Assembly: GCF_009914755.1 (NCBI RefSeq)
Contig: NC_060946.1
Source: the human T2T-CHM13v2.0 reference genome, Homo sapiens
Length of the DNA: 64,000 bases
Direction: 5' to 3' (one strand)
Shown here: piece by piece, positions 40,524 through 54,634 of the stretch
How positions within the stretch are numbered: the first letter of the stretch is position 1
How the letters are laid out: each line of letters begins with the position of its first letter
Position numbers and translations under genes: made by a program
Notes under the pieces: model-generated
Seen by the model: only the letters and a program-made list of their open reading frames with translations
What the model was told of the DNA's origin: nothing
The model's database searches: none

Positions 40524-40688
40524 CAGAGATGACTATCAGGTCTTTGTGAACAATTTGATGGTCACTTACTGAACATTCTAGAACCTTCCTCTTCCTCTCA
40601 AGTCATGGTTCCTAACCCTTCTCCCCCTTTTTTGGCGGGGGAGAAGGGTGGCGTGGGAGCTCAGCTCAGGGCTCTTTTTTTTAAATGA

Positions 40689-41351
<663 letters not shown>

Positions 41352-42478
41352 TAGGCCTCCCTGTGCTTCAGTGTGCAGACCTACCAAATGAAGGGAGAAC
41401 TGGACAAGAAGGTGTGTATAAAGCATTTAATGTGACCACGCACTGCAGGCTTGCTGTAAGGGCCAGTTCCTTCCACACTGCCCTTCCCTCTCCTCTAGAG
41501 TAAGGCTGTCTGGCGGCAGGAGAGGATACTAAACACAACAGCCACAACCATGAGAATAACAGCCAACATTTATTAAGCCTCAAATATTCCCAGAAGCTTT
41601 GCAAGAAATTAGGAACGCCGGTTGTCTCAGGGAGGAGAGCCAGGTGAGGAAGGGTTAGGAAGGACGCTTTTCTCTATAGACCCTTTTGTATGGCATGAAC
41701 ATATTTCCTGCCCCCAAATAAATGAATTCAGTTAAAACTTTAAAAGCACACACATACAAAGAAAAGAAAAATGCATCCGCAGCCAAAGCCAGAAGTCACA
41801 GACCCAGCTTGCAAGGAGCAGCTGCGTACAGCTATTTCATCCATGAGACAGCATCAGTCTGCCTGGCACATACTGCCCAAGACTCTTCTTCCTCCTCATC
41901 CTGCTTTCCTTCTTTTATTTATTCAACAAACATTTACTGAGCACCCCAGATGCCCCAAAGACCAGGTCAGACACAGGAAGCCTGAGGCGCGCAGCCCAGG
42001 CCAGCGGGGTAGGACCAAGGGAGGGAGGTAGGCCACTCTCCACCCTCGTGCCCCTGAGATGTGCAGCAGCCAGGAAAGTGGGGAGCAGAATGGGGGATGG
42101 TGCAGCCCCCACATACAGAGTCTCCCACCCCAGGAGACAGGGGATGGAGCCGGTTTGTTCTTTTGTCAAGGGTCCTAGCCCAGAACACCTCAGATGGAGA
42201 GGCAGGGAGGGGGCTACGCAGAGAATGATTCTCCTTCACATCCTCTATGTAACACCTCATGGCCTGTGGGAGCACGTAGGAGGGAAACCTGGTGGAATGG
42301 GTCCCCAGGCCATGGCGTGCACCCTCCTCCCGGCATCAGCTCGGGTCTGCTTCCCAGCCTCCCTTGCAGTGAGCTGGGGCTCCAGAACCAAGTCTGGCTA
42401 ATGGGATGTGGGAGGAAGTGATTTATTCTACTTCTAGGCCTAAAAAAAATCTCACCTATGATCTCCTGTGTCTCTTAA

Positions 42479-42800
<322 letters not shown>

Positions 42801-45454
42801 ATCCCTCTATCTCTTTCTCTCTCTCCCCTCCCCTGCCAGAATCCAGTGAAGTTTTGGGTAGAGGGGCTGGAGTCCCTTGAAGGACAGGCCCTCACCCCTC
42901 CTCAGACAATTCACACTGGGCTATAACTTGAATGAAAAATAAACCTCTATTGTTGGGCCTCTGAGACCTGGGGACTGCTGTTTCTGTTTTCTCTGACTCA
43001 TACAGTCTGTCCCCCAGGTGCTACAGCTGAACATAAAACCAGGTGAGGAGGGGTGAGACAGTACGCCAGCAGAAGCCCAGAGGCATGGGTGGCCAGCAGG
43101 GGTGTGCAGAGAGGTGCACCTGCTTTCTTCAGCCCCTGCCCTGCTCAGAGCCGTGTCATCTCCCACCTCAGCAGGCCCATGGTGGCCTCCGCCCTGTTCT
43201 CCCTGTTTCTATTAATACTCCTGACTCTCTGGTCTGTTCTCCACTCAGCGGCCAGAGCAACCTTTCCCAAACTCAAATCACGTCATTTCACCCCCCAGCC
43301 ACTCCCCATCATACACACTCAAACCTTCCCAGTGCATTCACAGTAAAATCCAAACTCTCAGTCTTGACCCACATGTCCTACAGGGACTGCCCCATCTTCA
43401 TCTCTGACCCTGCCTCCTGTGCTTTCTCACTCTGTCAGGGCTTTGTGCATGCTGAGCCTGCTCTTCCCTTGCCATTTTACAGGCCAGGAAACCAGGCCTC
43501 ATGAGTCATCCTACCAGAATGTGGCAGAGCCAGGATTAGAACCTAGGTCTGTCCCAGAGGACATCCGATTCTCTCTGAGGCAACCTGAGATGTAATCCAG
43601 AAGCTTCTCTGATGGCAGAGCCCTGACAGAGCCCACTTGGGCCTACCCAGACCTGGGTCTCAGGAGTGCTGGGGTTTGGACCCAGCCTCCTCCACGAGGC
43701 TCCACGCCTTGCTCCTATAACTACTTCTCTTACGTCTTCCACATCCCCACCTGACCCTCTGCGCTGCATCTTCATGGGTCCCACTGGGAACAAACCGCCT
43801 CATACCCTCTGTTTCCATGCACCCAGTCCCACAGCCCTCCCACCACTGGACCCAGACCCCTCTTTCACAGGGGCCATGGGACAAGGGCATATTGGGGTCT
43901 TCCAGCCCTGATGTCCTTGGGCTGTCTTTTTTGGGGCCAAGCCAGACTGCATCCTCCTCAGTCCTGGTATCTGCCAAACGCCCTACCCGTCCTCCCTCTG
44001 CTCACTGGAGTGCTTGGCCCTTGCGCTCAGCCTCCCTCTCCACTCCGCCTCCCAGGAGATGTCAGGGTCCACACTGTAGCCTCCAGCCTCCTGTTCCCTC
44101 TGAACTGCTCCATACCAGTCCCACACCCAGGCCTGCACTTGCACCCTGCCATCATTCTGACCTGTGTTAACCAAGACCCCTTGAACTTCCACCTCAGCTC
44201 ACCCGCGTGCTGCCATCACCGCCTCCACTGTACAACAGTGTCCCAGTTAGGATGAAGTTCAGCTGCGTGTGTCCAAAGAGAACAGAAGAAGAAAACAGTG
44301 ACCTAAAATAAGAGAGGGCTTTATTTCTCTCTTACATAAAAGAAGTCCAAAGGGAGGCCACCCAGGCTAGGTGGGGTGGCTTTATGATGTCAGGATCCTG
44401 AGCTAAATCTGGCTTGCTACTAGGGTCTCTTCAATATCCTTCTCCCATCTCCTCATAGACCAAGAGAGCTATTCAAGCTCCACCCATCACCTCTGCGTTC
44501 CTGCAGATGGAAGGGAAAGGAAGGAGAGAGGGAGGGCTTGCCTCTGCCTGTTAAGGACCCTTCCCCAAAGCTGCCGTAGCCACTTCTAATGTACATCCCA
44601 TTGGCTACGCCTGAGTCACATAGCCAACCAAGCTGCAGAGGAGGCTGGGAGATGTAGCCAGCTATAAGTAGAGGGCACACGGGCAGGGGAGAGCAGGTTT
44701 GGGGGTGCCATTCACTGTCTCTGCCACCGCCTGTCCTCTGCCATTGTGAAGACCTCCAGTATCTCCAGGGCCACCTCCCTTCCTGCCCTCCCTGGCTCAG
44801 CCAGCTGACACTGTCACCCACCCTCAAGTCCTTGTGTTCCGCCCACCCCTGCTCGGTGCTGTGACCTGTCTTCTGGAAAGTCAGCAGGTAGCCGAGTCCC
44901 CAGCTGGAAAAAAAGTCCTGCCCCCACAGTGCCAGGCCTCACCAGTGACCTGGTTTTGAGTCCTGGTCCCTGGTCAGGAGGACTATGGTATACATAATTT
45001 GGTGTCTGACCCTCCGCCCAGTCCCCATCAGACTGTGGGGTACCCCTCATGACAAATGAGGATCACAAAGCTGCAGGGGCCCACAGAGGGGCCAGAGCAG
45101 AACAAGGAGAAAGAGCAGGCTAGCGGCCGACTTCCTGAGGGCTGTCCTCCGAGCATGCCCCTCTGCTGACACCTGCTCTTCACTGGAGGCGCCCCACCCA
45201 CCAGTCCCCAAGACAGACTGTGGCCATTCTCCCTGACTCCTTCCCTCCCTCACCCCCTCCTTCCAAGCCATCACCCTTACTTCTGCTTTGCCACAGCAGC
45301 CACCTCCACGCCAGCCCCCCAGGCTCCAGACCTGAAGCCCCACCTTCTTCCCTGTTCATCCGGGAGCTGCCTGCTTCATAGCCACACCAGCACCAGCGCC
45401 CTGAGCAGCTCCTATCTTGTGCAAACCATGCCATTCCTTACCAGGATCGCGCCA

Positions 45455-45546
45455 AGGTGACCAGCTGTCCCACTGTGCCTGGGACTGAGGGGGGTTTCCA
45501 GAACATAAGATTTACAGTGATATTCCTAGGACAAAGTTGGTCACCA
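45455..45546. mobile_element. Short hAT-Blackjack-like (MER94-like) element
   Basis: Terminal inverted repeats ggtgacca...tggtcacc. Confidence 0.5.
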
Positions 45547-46195
45547 TATTCCCACCCTACTTACTCAGACTAATCAGCTCCCCGATTTAAAACCAGTCCT
45601 TCCCTGATCTCCAATTCTGGCCAAGGCAGATTCTGGGCACAAGCCAGTTACCATATCTCATGTCAGAGCCTTGCTTATGAGTCTACACCAGGAGCTCTTG
45701 GACAACAGGAACAGTGTGGGATTCATCCACACCACTCCAGAACCCAGAAAATTACCTGACATACGGACAGTGTCAATATGAGGGGAAGGAAGGAAAAAAG
45801 GAAAAGAGAAAGAATCAAAAGTGCTAAGTCCCTAATACCCTGAAGAGTCCTGAGAATACACATTAAAAACACCAGGATAGCATATTTGAAGTTTCAAAAG
45901 CTTTGCCATCAAAGGCAGGTTGAAAAGGCGAGTCACCCTGCTGGCGTGGGCTTCAAGCATCTCCCTGGAAGGCAATCTGACATCTACCAACATCTCTGAC
46001 ACATGACCCAGCAATTCCACACCTAAAACTCATCAACAGAGTGACCCATGTTGAACACGTGTGTACAAAGTAACTCCTGCAGTCACGGGACCCGAGGCCA
46101 ACAAAATGCGCATCCATAGGGGACAGGTGATGAGCAAATTAGGGAACTTCCATCCAGTGGAATGCCACGTAGCTATGCCAAGATAGGAAGGGGAG

Positions 46196-46492
46196 GGCTG
46201 GGCGCGGTGGCTTATGTCTGTAATCCCAGCACTTTGGCAGGCTGAGGCGGGCGGATCACGAGGTCAGGAGATCGAGACCAGCCTGGCCAACATGGCAAAA
46301 CCACGTCTCTACCAAAAATAAAAATTAAAAAAAAATTAGCCGGGCGTGGTGGTGGGCACCCCGTAGTCCCAGCTATTCAGGAGGCTGAGGCAGAAGAATC
46401 ACTTGAACCCGGGAGGCAGAGGTTGCAGTGAGCCAAGATTGCGCAACCGCACTCGAGCCTGGGTGACTGAGCAAGACTCCGTCTAAAAAAAA
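46196..46492 (+). mobile_element. AluS
   Basis: Full Alu; TSD ataggaaggggag. Confidence 0.92.
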
Positions 46493-48531
46493 TAGGAAGG
46501 GGAGGCTCTCTGGGTCCTGATATGGAGCAATCTCCAGGATGTACGGAGAAGAGACAAAAAACGAAGTTCAGAATACACGTGGGTGCACCACTGCTCAGGT
46601 AAACATAAAGGCGGTAAGCCCTGTGTTCGAAGGCATGAGTGTGGCATACGTCTGTGAAGGTGCGTGGGAGCATGTCTGTGAACTAGCATCTACCTGCACT
46701 GAGCCACTCAGGCAGGAATCCCTGGACACTGCTAGCAGCCAAGTCCTCCAGCCAGTTTCCTACCTGAAACTGTCCCTGAGTCACCAGGCCCGTGGAACCA
46801 CCCATCCTCCGCCGTCTTCACTATGCTGAGAGCACCCAGGGAGGAAAGCATTTTGTCCACAGCCACAACGCTGGTTGGCAAAAAGGCGGACTCCTAACCC
46901 AGGTCTCCTCACAGCCAGGCCAGTGTCCTGTGATGGGGACAGTCAAGAAAGCCAGTACCCACAACGGTTTCCGCTTTTCCTGTGGGAAACAGGTAGAGTG
47001 AAAACATTCTCTTTGCTTTTTCTTATTCTTGGGCAGGTTTCACCAAAATCTGCGATCTTTCTCAGAAGACAATCTAGGTGTTGCTGTGAGGAAAAAGGAC
47101 GTGTGATGTTTGAAAAGTGTCTGTGAGAAGTTCCTCTCTATCAAGAAGTAACACTTGCTTGCTTTTTTTTTTCTTAGTGTTTTTATTAAAGAATCGGAAA
47201 AAATTAAAATGTCCCTCTAAGAAGGTTATGCCTGGCTGTCACCGTTGCCTGCAAAGTCTGCTTGGGGAAAAGCAAAAAATGGGGTCAGAAACATGCTCTC
47301 ACTCAAGAGTGACGATGCCCTCCGTCAGGCCTGGCACCAGAAGCGGCCACCCTGGGCTCGCTGAGAACAGGGGACCCTGAACTCCTCCGAGCGGGAAAGA
47401 TGCCCATTTCAGGAAGGGGGAAGGAGCAAGGCAGGCTAGATCTGGGTATCACCTGGCCCTACAACATATATAGAGAGAAACTGTAAAACCTCTGCCTCTT
47501 GGTCTCTGCCTCTTGGAGTCCTAGCATTTGTGTTCCATTACCACTTCAAGAATCTAAACAAGGTGAGGCCGAGGGGACAGAGGCAGGTGCATTTTGGCAG
47601 ATCCTGAAACACGCCACAGTGAGGATGCAGAGGAAGCCCTCCCCAGAACGAAGAGGCTGAACTGAGCCTGCAGAAGGGAAGTTCTGGACTAGGGCAAAGC
47701 CCCCAAAAGTGCCTGACCAGTGACAAGGATTCATGGAGAAGGACCCCCCACTTTGGTTGGCACTCAGGGGTGCTGGCGTGGGGGCCACCCGTTGTTATTC
47801 CCATGGTCCCTGCATCTGCAGCCCAAAGCCTTCTCCACCTGTGTGCTCACATAGTGCCCAGCCTTGTTCCCAGCCAAGTTTAAAACATGATTCTCTTGAT
47901 ATCATTTCTGCGTATACAGGTTTGTGGGCACATTGCGAGGGCCACTGCATTGTAAAGACCTCCTTGAGTAAATAGCATTTTTGGACAATCAACAGTTAGC
48001 TAAAATATATCCTACTGTTGACCTCCCAACATCAAAGACTCTTCACATCCATGGCCAGAGGTAACCAGGCACACCCTTACTGATTAAGAACACAACACAA
48101 CCCAGTGTCTGACTGGCCAGGACACTGATTGGCTGATGCAGTGACGGCAGCTCCCTGTGGGGAGCAGCGGGATGGCAGCTTATCCGTGGCTAAGGGAGCA
48201 TCACTGGAGTGTATGAGATTCAGCGGGGCCTCGCTCTTTCTCCAGGCAGGCCCAGTGGGTACAGGAGAAGGTGGGGGCTAACAGAACCAGTACCACGCAG
48301 CATGATCACTAAGGAAGCCTAGTCTCTCCTTCTGGGAGGGTTTGGGCAGGGAACTGAGATGCCCATGGGGGCCAGGTAGGAAGTGAATTTACATCAGGTG
48401 GACAGGTGGGGACCATGGCACATTGGAGACTCCAGCTACAGGAGAAATGGCAGATGGAGATGTCTGCACCATACTACCAGGAAACTCAATTTGCAAAAGA
48501 AGCTAAAATTGGTATTTTTAAAAACGTGAAA

Positions 48532-49085
48532 GGCCAAGGCGGGTGGATTGCTTGAGCTCAGGAATTCGAGACCAGCCTGGCCAACATGCCGAAACCCTGT
48601 CTATGCCAAAAAAAAAAAAAAAATTTAGCCGGGCATGGTGGTGCATGCCTGTAATCCCAGCTACTCGGGAGGCTAAGGTGGGAGGATCGCTTGAGCCTGG
48701 GAAGCAGAGGTTGCAGTGAGATCGTGGTGACAGAGCGAGACTGGGTGACAGAGCGAGACTCAGTCTCAAAAAAACAAACAAAAGACTGGATGCGGTGGCT
48801 CACACCTGTAATCCCAGCATTTTGGGAGGCCAAGGCAGGTGGATCACCTGAGGTCACCAGTTTGAGACCAGCCTGACCAACGTGGTGAAACCCCATCTCT
48901 ACTAAAAATACAAAATTAGCTGGGCATGGTGGCACATGCCTTTAGTCCCAGCTACTTGGGAGGCTGAGGCAGGAGAACTGCTTGAACCCCGGGAGGTGGA
49001 GGTTGCAGTGAGCCAAGATCGTGCCACTGCACTCCAGCCTGGGCCACAGGCAAGACTCCATCTCAAAGAAACCAAAACAAAAAAA
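48532..49085 (+). mobile_element. Tandem Alu pair (5'-truncated Alu 48532-48783 + AluS 48784-49085)
   Basis: Two head-to-tail Alus enclosed by one TSD, aaaaacgtgaaa. Confidence 0.9.
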
Positions 49086-49399
49086 CGTGAAAACCTCCCA
49101 TTTAAAATACTCGCCATTAATTCTAACTTAAACATGCAACAAAACTCCACCACCACAGCCGGCCCATATGTGAGGAAGCGCCACTTTCAGAGGGAGGAGT
49201 GCAGCTGAGGGTGGCATTGACAAAGGGACCCTCTGCCAGCCCTGTTTCTTCTCAGGTGCTGTCCTGGATATTTAGTTTACATCTGGGTGCGCTGCATCTT
49301 TGCAAATCTTTCTTGTGTTGGAGTTATCTCCTTTTTTAGGAGTCTCCTACCCTAACCAGTAAGCTGAAACTGCTTTTCCAGCCTCCCTTGCAGCTGGGA

Positions 49400-49800
49400 C
49401 ATAGGCATGTGACCAGGCTGCCCAATCAGAAGCCTCCATTCCAGACCTCAGGCTGGGAAAGTGAGCATGTGACCAGGTTCCTTCAATCAGAAGCCTCAGC
49501 TCCAGACCTCAGGCGGGAGAGCATGTGACCAGGTTCCCCCAATCAGAAGCCTCAGTTCCAGACCACAGGCTGGGAAAGTGAGCATGTGACCAGGCTCCCC
49601 CAATCAGAAGCCAGCTCCAGACTGCTGACTGGGAGGGCATGTGACCAGGTTCCCCCAGTCAGAAGCCTGGGTTCCAGACCACAGGCTGGGAATATGATCA
49701 TGTGACCAGGCTCACCCAATCAGAAGCCTCAGCTCCAGACCTCAGTCCTGAAGTGTGTGCGTGTGATTAGGCTTCCCCAATCAGAAGCCTCAACTCCAGG
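49400..49800. repeat. 7-unit 55-61-bp minisatellite in an old ERVL-type (LTR16/LTR33-like) LTR
   Basis: Unit gcatgtgaccaggYtccccCAATCAGAAGCCtcagctccagacc.caggctggga. Confidence 0.9.
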
Positions 49801-52800
49801 ACCTGGAGGCTGGCGAGGGTGGTGTCGGAACATCGTGTCCAGGATGCAGCAATTCTCCAAGCCTCTCCAAGCTTCTCCAAGCTTCTCCAAGCCTGATTTG
49901 CGGGTCCTGCCAGAGATTCCTGAGCTTCAGAATATCCTGAATGATTCCTTTTCTAATGACAGTAGCCAGTAGAGTTTTTGCAACTGAAGTTCCTGGCTGA
50001 CACAGGTGCCTTAGCCAAGTACAGGGGCATGCATATATTTAGTACAGATCTCAGATTTGAAATAGTCTTTAATTACAGCAATGACTGACCACGTTGGGTG
50101 ATGGCGATCGAGTGAGAGGGCAGCGAGGGGAAGAGTGCCCGCCCCCACGGTTTTCTGTCTGTGGGGCCTTGGAGTAGGACCAGTGTTGTACCACAGGCCC
50201 TGGTGCCAGTGTGAGCATTGGATGCTCAAGGACAGTACGGGAGGTCTTTGATAAAAACCTCCTCTGCCTAATGTACTGGTGGGGTAGGTGACCCAAACAT
50301 GGGGGAGAGCTGACCCTGAGCTCACAGCCCACCGACTTGCTGGAAGGCTACCTAAATGCGCACTTGGAAGGCCTGGTGAGGCCCACGCACACACCAGTTG
50401 GCTGGCTGACCTTGAAGCTGTCTTGCTAACTGGTTTATACTTCGGGTGACTGGTGAATAAAGAGGCTGCCAGAGCTTTCAGAACCAGCAGGGGCCCCCAT
50501 GTTTGGTGAGTGGCTGGTTTCACTTTCAAAGTGAGTTAGAGACAGTCCCACTGTGAAGCCTCTACCACACGGAGTCACAAACCCATTCTGGTTAGTCTGA
50601 ATCAGGTCAGGCACAGGCTCTGTTTACCAAATCCCTGACCCCCACCCCACCCCTCTACCCCAGATCAGAGATCCTACCACATGCCAGGGGTACTGGGGAA
50701 GAGGCAGGGGATTGTGAGGGCCAAAGGCTACCTGTCTGATTGACCGCATCCTACCCCTGCCTGCCTAGTTCTATACACCTCCTCACACTCTGCCCAGCAG
50801 CCAAACCACCAACACCCACACCCCAGCACCAGACCATGAGATGAGAACACTCATTTCTTCCCTTCGGTTCCACTTCATTTCAGTCCCACCCCTGTCCCCA
50901 GGCCAGAGGCTTCTCCCCAGGGGCATGAGCACTGGACTGAGGGTTTGGAGACCTAAGTTTGAGCCCCAGCAGTGCCTCCAACTCACTAGGGTCGCTCCCT
51001 GCAGTCATCACTGCTCTGGAGCTACAGACCGCAGGAACAGGCTGTAGCTAACCTGAGCCAAACAGAACTAGTTAGAGGATCTGGAGTGGTTCTCAGGTTC
51101 TGGAGGGAGCTGAAGACCCAGACCTCAGGGACGGGCAGACTCCAGACCAGCCGCACCTGCAGCTGAGTGTGGTCCAGCTGCAGAGACCCCTTTGAGGCAC
51201 CAACCTCCAGCTGTTTGCTGGCTTCATTCATTAGAATTCAAAGAGTCTCATTGGCTAAGATCACGTCAAATGCCCACCCTCCAGCTGGAAAGGGTGGGGT
51301 ACTTTGATTGAGAGTTCAACCAAGACTTCACCAAATGCAGGAAGGTAGATACCCCAAAGAGAAATGGGGGGGCCGCTTCTAGAAGCAGGAGGCCTGATGC
51401 CTACTGAGCAAGCAGGAACCAAAGATGCCCCGCAAGGACTGGCTTGGGTTGGATGATCCCAGAAGCTCTTCCAGGAAAGTCATCCTCTGATTGGAGGAAT
51501 CCAAACTGGGCACCTTGCCTCCCTCAAGGGAGGAGGGACTCTTCTCAGCCCTTGGGAGGGGCTCCTGGCATGAGGATGCCTTATACCCCCGCCCTGAGGC
51601 CCCCCATTCGGGGGAAAGCCAGGAAGGGTCGGGGCTGCTACCTGAGTGGAGCAGAGGGATGCTCGTCTCCACCACCCACATGGGCTTGAGCCTGTGACCT
51701 TGATTTCATGGGCCTCCGGGAACTCATGAGCAAACCTGAAAGCAGCAGGGGACGAAGGGCCCCAGGCTTGTCACCCTCTTACTGGGCCAGGCTGGAGGAA
51801 ACTGAGACCAGCTCATTCCTCAGTGCGTGGAGCTGCTCTGTGAGAAACGGCCCCAAAGTGGAGCTCAGGTGGCAGCCAGCAGCACAGGCCGAGAGTGCCA
51901 TGGCTGCTGCTCATGCACGAAGGTGCTTTGCTGTTCCCACACCATTTCTGTGGGTTGCACATGGGACCTCTGGAAACAGCCCAGAGGCCATCACCTGTAT
52001 CACACGTGAGGGTGCGTGAGGAGAGGCGGCCTGCAGAGCAGAGCGGAAAGCAACAGTCAGCCATGTAGCCTGTCAACACAGGGTTCTCCCTCTGCGCTCC
52101 CTGCCCCTCAGCCCCACTACTTCACCCCCAACCTCCTCCACCTCTCCAAAAGTACCCGAGAACCCCAGCCTCACTCCTCCCTAAGCCAGGCGTCAGGGCC
52201 CAGAAGAGACCTGGCCAGTGCACAAGGGGTCAGAGGAGGGGAGCAGAGTGAGGAGGGGGCACGGGGGTGCTTTGATCGGGAGGATGTGGTCAGCGGCTTC
52301 AGGCCTGTGGTTTGAGCCCAGAGGTGCTGCTGACACTCTGGCTGAAGTCATCTGTGCCGTTCCTGCATGAAGCAGTGTGGCAGGAGTGAGGGGTGAGGGG
52401 CCGGGTGGTGGGGGTGGTGGGCAGGGGGGATGGTGGAAGCTGCAAGATGTGTGGTTTAAGTTGTGAAGCTCACACCAAGCCTGGACATTCAGGTGAGTGG
52501 GCCGGGCAAGCCACCTCTCCCCACTGGGCCTTCTTCCTGTTTCTCTCTCTCTTGAAATCACCTCCTGTCTGTCCCTTCTCAGGCCCAGAATGCAGACCAC
52601 CAAGGAGGCTCTGAACAGCCCACCTCAGAGACATCAGAGGCTCCAGCATCACCGAGGCTCCAGAGAGCAGAGGGCCACCAGGAATGCAGAGGGCAGAATG
52701 CTACAGAGCAGAAAGTTCTAGAAGCATAGCCTTCCCAGGGAGGTACTAGGTAACTCCTCTAGCCCTTACTACGCACCAGGCCCTATTCTAAGTACACATG

Positions 52801-52814
52801 TTGATTCCCGACTA

Positions 52815-52970
52815 TGCTGAAGGCAGTTTCAGGTTCAAGAGCATCAGCATTCCCTGAGAGCTGGTCAGAAATGCAGATGCTCAGGCCCCAGCCCAGCCCT
52901 CCCGAGCCAGAATCTGTATTTTCACCACGTCCCCAAGCAACTCGAGTGTGCACAGAAGTTTGAGAGGCCG
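52815..52970. mobile_element. MER5A-like DNA element nested in a MIR
   Basis: agcatcagcattccctgagagctggtcagaaatgcagatgctcaggcccc...cagaatctgtatttt...aagtttgagag. Confidence 0.75.
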
Positions 52971-54615
52971 CATGTTACCTCAGTGAATCCTGACAACAGC
53001 ACTTGCAGACTAGGACTCTTATCCTATTTTGCAGATGAAAAAACTGAGGCACGGGGAGGTTAAATAACTCGCCCAGGGCCGCACACAGGTAGGTGATAAG
53101 TGTCAGAGATGGGATGTGGGCCTGGGCCATCTGGCTCCTAAGCACATGCTCCTAACTACCAGGCTGCCGCCACCTTTGGAAGAAGAGAGCCATGAGAATT
53201 TGAGCTATGGCTGGCCGCATCTGTGCCTGCTCTGGCCGTGTGCCTCTGGCCTTCCAGAACCCACTCTGTCCTTCCTAATGTTTCTCTGACCGTGGCCTCT
53301 CCAGGGAGAGTCTGAATCATGATTTTCCCAGGCATGGAAGGTAGGAACACCTGCCAGTCAGCATGGAGCGTTTGTCAAGCGTCTGTATTATCCTGGCTCA
53401 GGGCTGGGAGTTATAGCAGCCACAAAAGATGCCCAAGACTCCACCCAGCCCTCAAGGAGCCCAGAGTTTAGCTGCAGGGACAGGAAATAGGCATGGGAAC
53501 GAATGCAATATAATCACAGCTAAAGTTTGTATGAGATGTGCAGATGCTCCTGGGCAGCTGCCTCTTCAGGGCAGGCTTCATGGAGAAGAGGGCTTTTTTT
53601 AAAAATTTAATTTAATTTAATTTAATTTAATTTTATTATTGTTTGTGGGGTTGGGGGAGGAGGGGAGAAGAGGGCTTTGAGCCAGGCCTACCCAGGGCAA
53701 GTGCCAGAAGGACAGAGGCGGGGAGGACACAGGTGCAGACCGGCCTAAAGCAGACACTTGGAGCTGAAAACATCCTGAATCCAACCGTCCACAACTCCCC
53801 TCTACAGCATCTCCTCAAGAGGGCCAGACTCCCCTGAATTCTCCCTACGGCAAGGAAGTCATTCCTCGCCAGGGGAGCGAGATCATGGCCTGTCTGGTGT
53901 GCACGTGTGTGTGTCTTTGCCACAGGTGTGTTCTTTCCAGAACTCCTGTGAACAGGTGGGCCTCCTTTGTGCAAACCTGAGCCATGCACATCCGGCTCAG
54001 CTGATAGCTGGGCCAGGAGAGGTGACCTCACCGCCCATGCTCAAGGTCTCTCTGTTGCACTGGACAGGGCCCCTCCAGCCTTAGGCCCTTGAAGTCCTGG
54101 CTCCTTGGAAATGCCCCTGCTACTGGGGGGACCCTCCACTGCACCAAAGGACCGCAATGGAAAGGGGGCACTCAGCGCCAGAGCCTCCCCGCCCCCCCAC
54201 CTCCTGCCGAGAGGAAGCCCAAAACTGGCACATCCACACACACAGCCACACGCCCCCTTTGAAGGCACTGCACCGCTGCGTGTGTTGTACACGGAGCCTG
54301 CGCTTCCTGGGCCAGAAGTGAAGCTAAGATGCACTCCACGCATTCAACCGTTGAACCCTCATTGCAGCCACCAGAGTTCTGTGCCACCCCTGCTCCGTTC
54401 CCGCGGTGGAGGGAGGACGCCTAGGCCTTGGGAGGGATCGGGAGCGCGTAGAGTGACACCCTGGGCTCCACATCCACGACACCTTCTCCCCCATCTGGAC
54501 TGCCCAACTACTTCATGCCTACCTCGGGACTTTGCATGCAAAAGGCGCTCAATCATCCCTTCAAGAATAATTGAGTTAGAAAACAGCAGGGCACAATGAC
54601 AGGTGGGCCCAGAAG

Positions 54616-54634
54616 TTGCCACCAGAGGGCAGTG
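54616..54634 (+). promoter_or_regulatory. Strong CTCF motif in a CpG-enriched patch (~54150-54760)
   Basis: TTGCCACCAGAGGGCAGTG matches the CCASYAGRKGGCRS core. Confidence 0.65.

Noticed and set aside
49853-49892. 4 x 10-bp repeat (TCTCCAAGC core)
   Set aside because: A short slippage repeat in the same LTR remnant, with no evident function.
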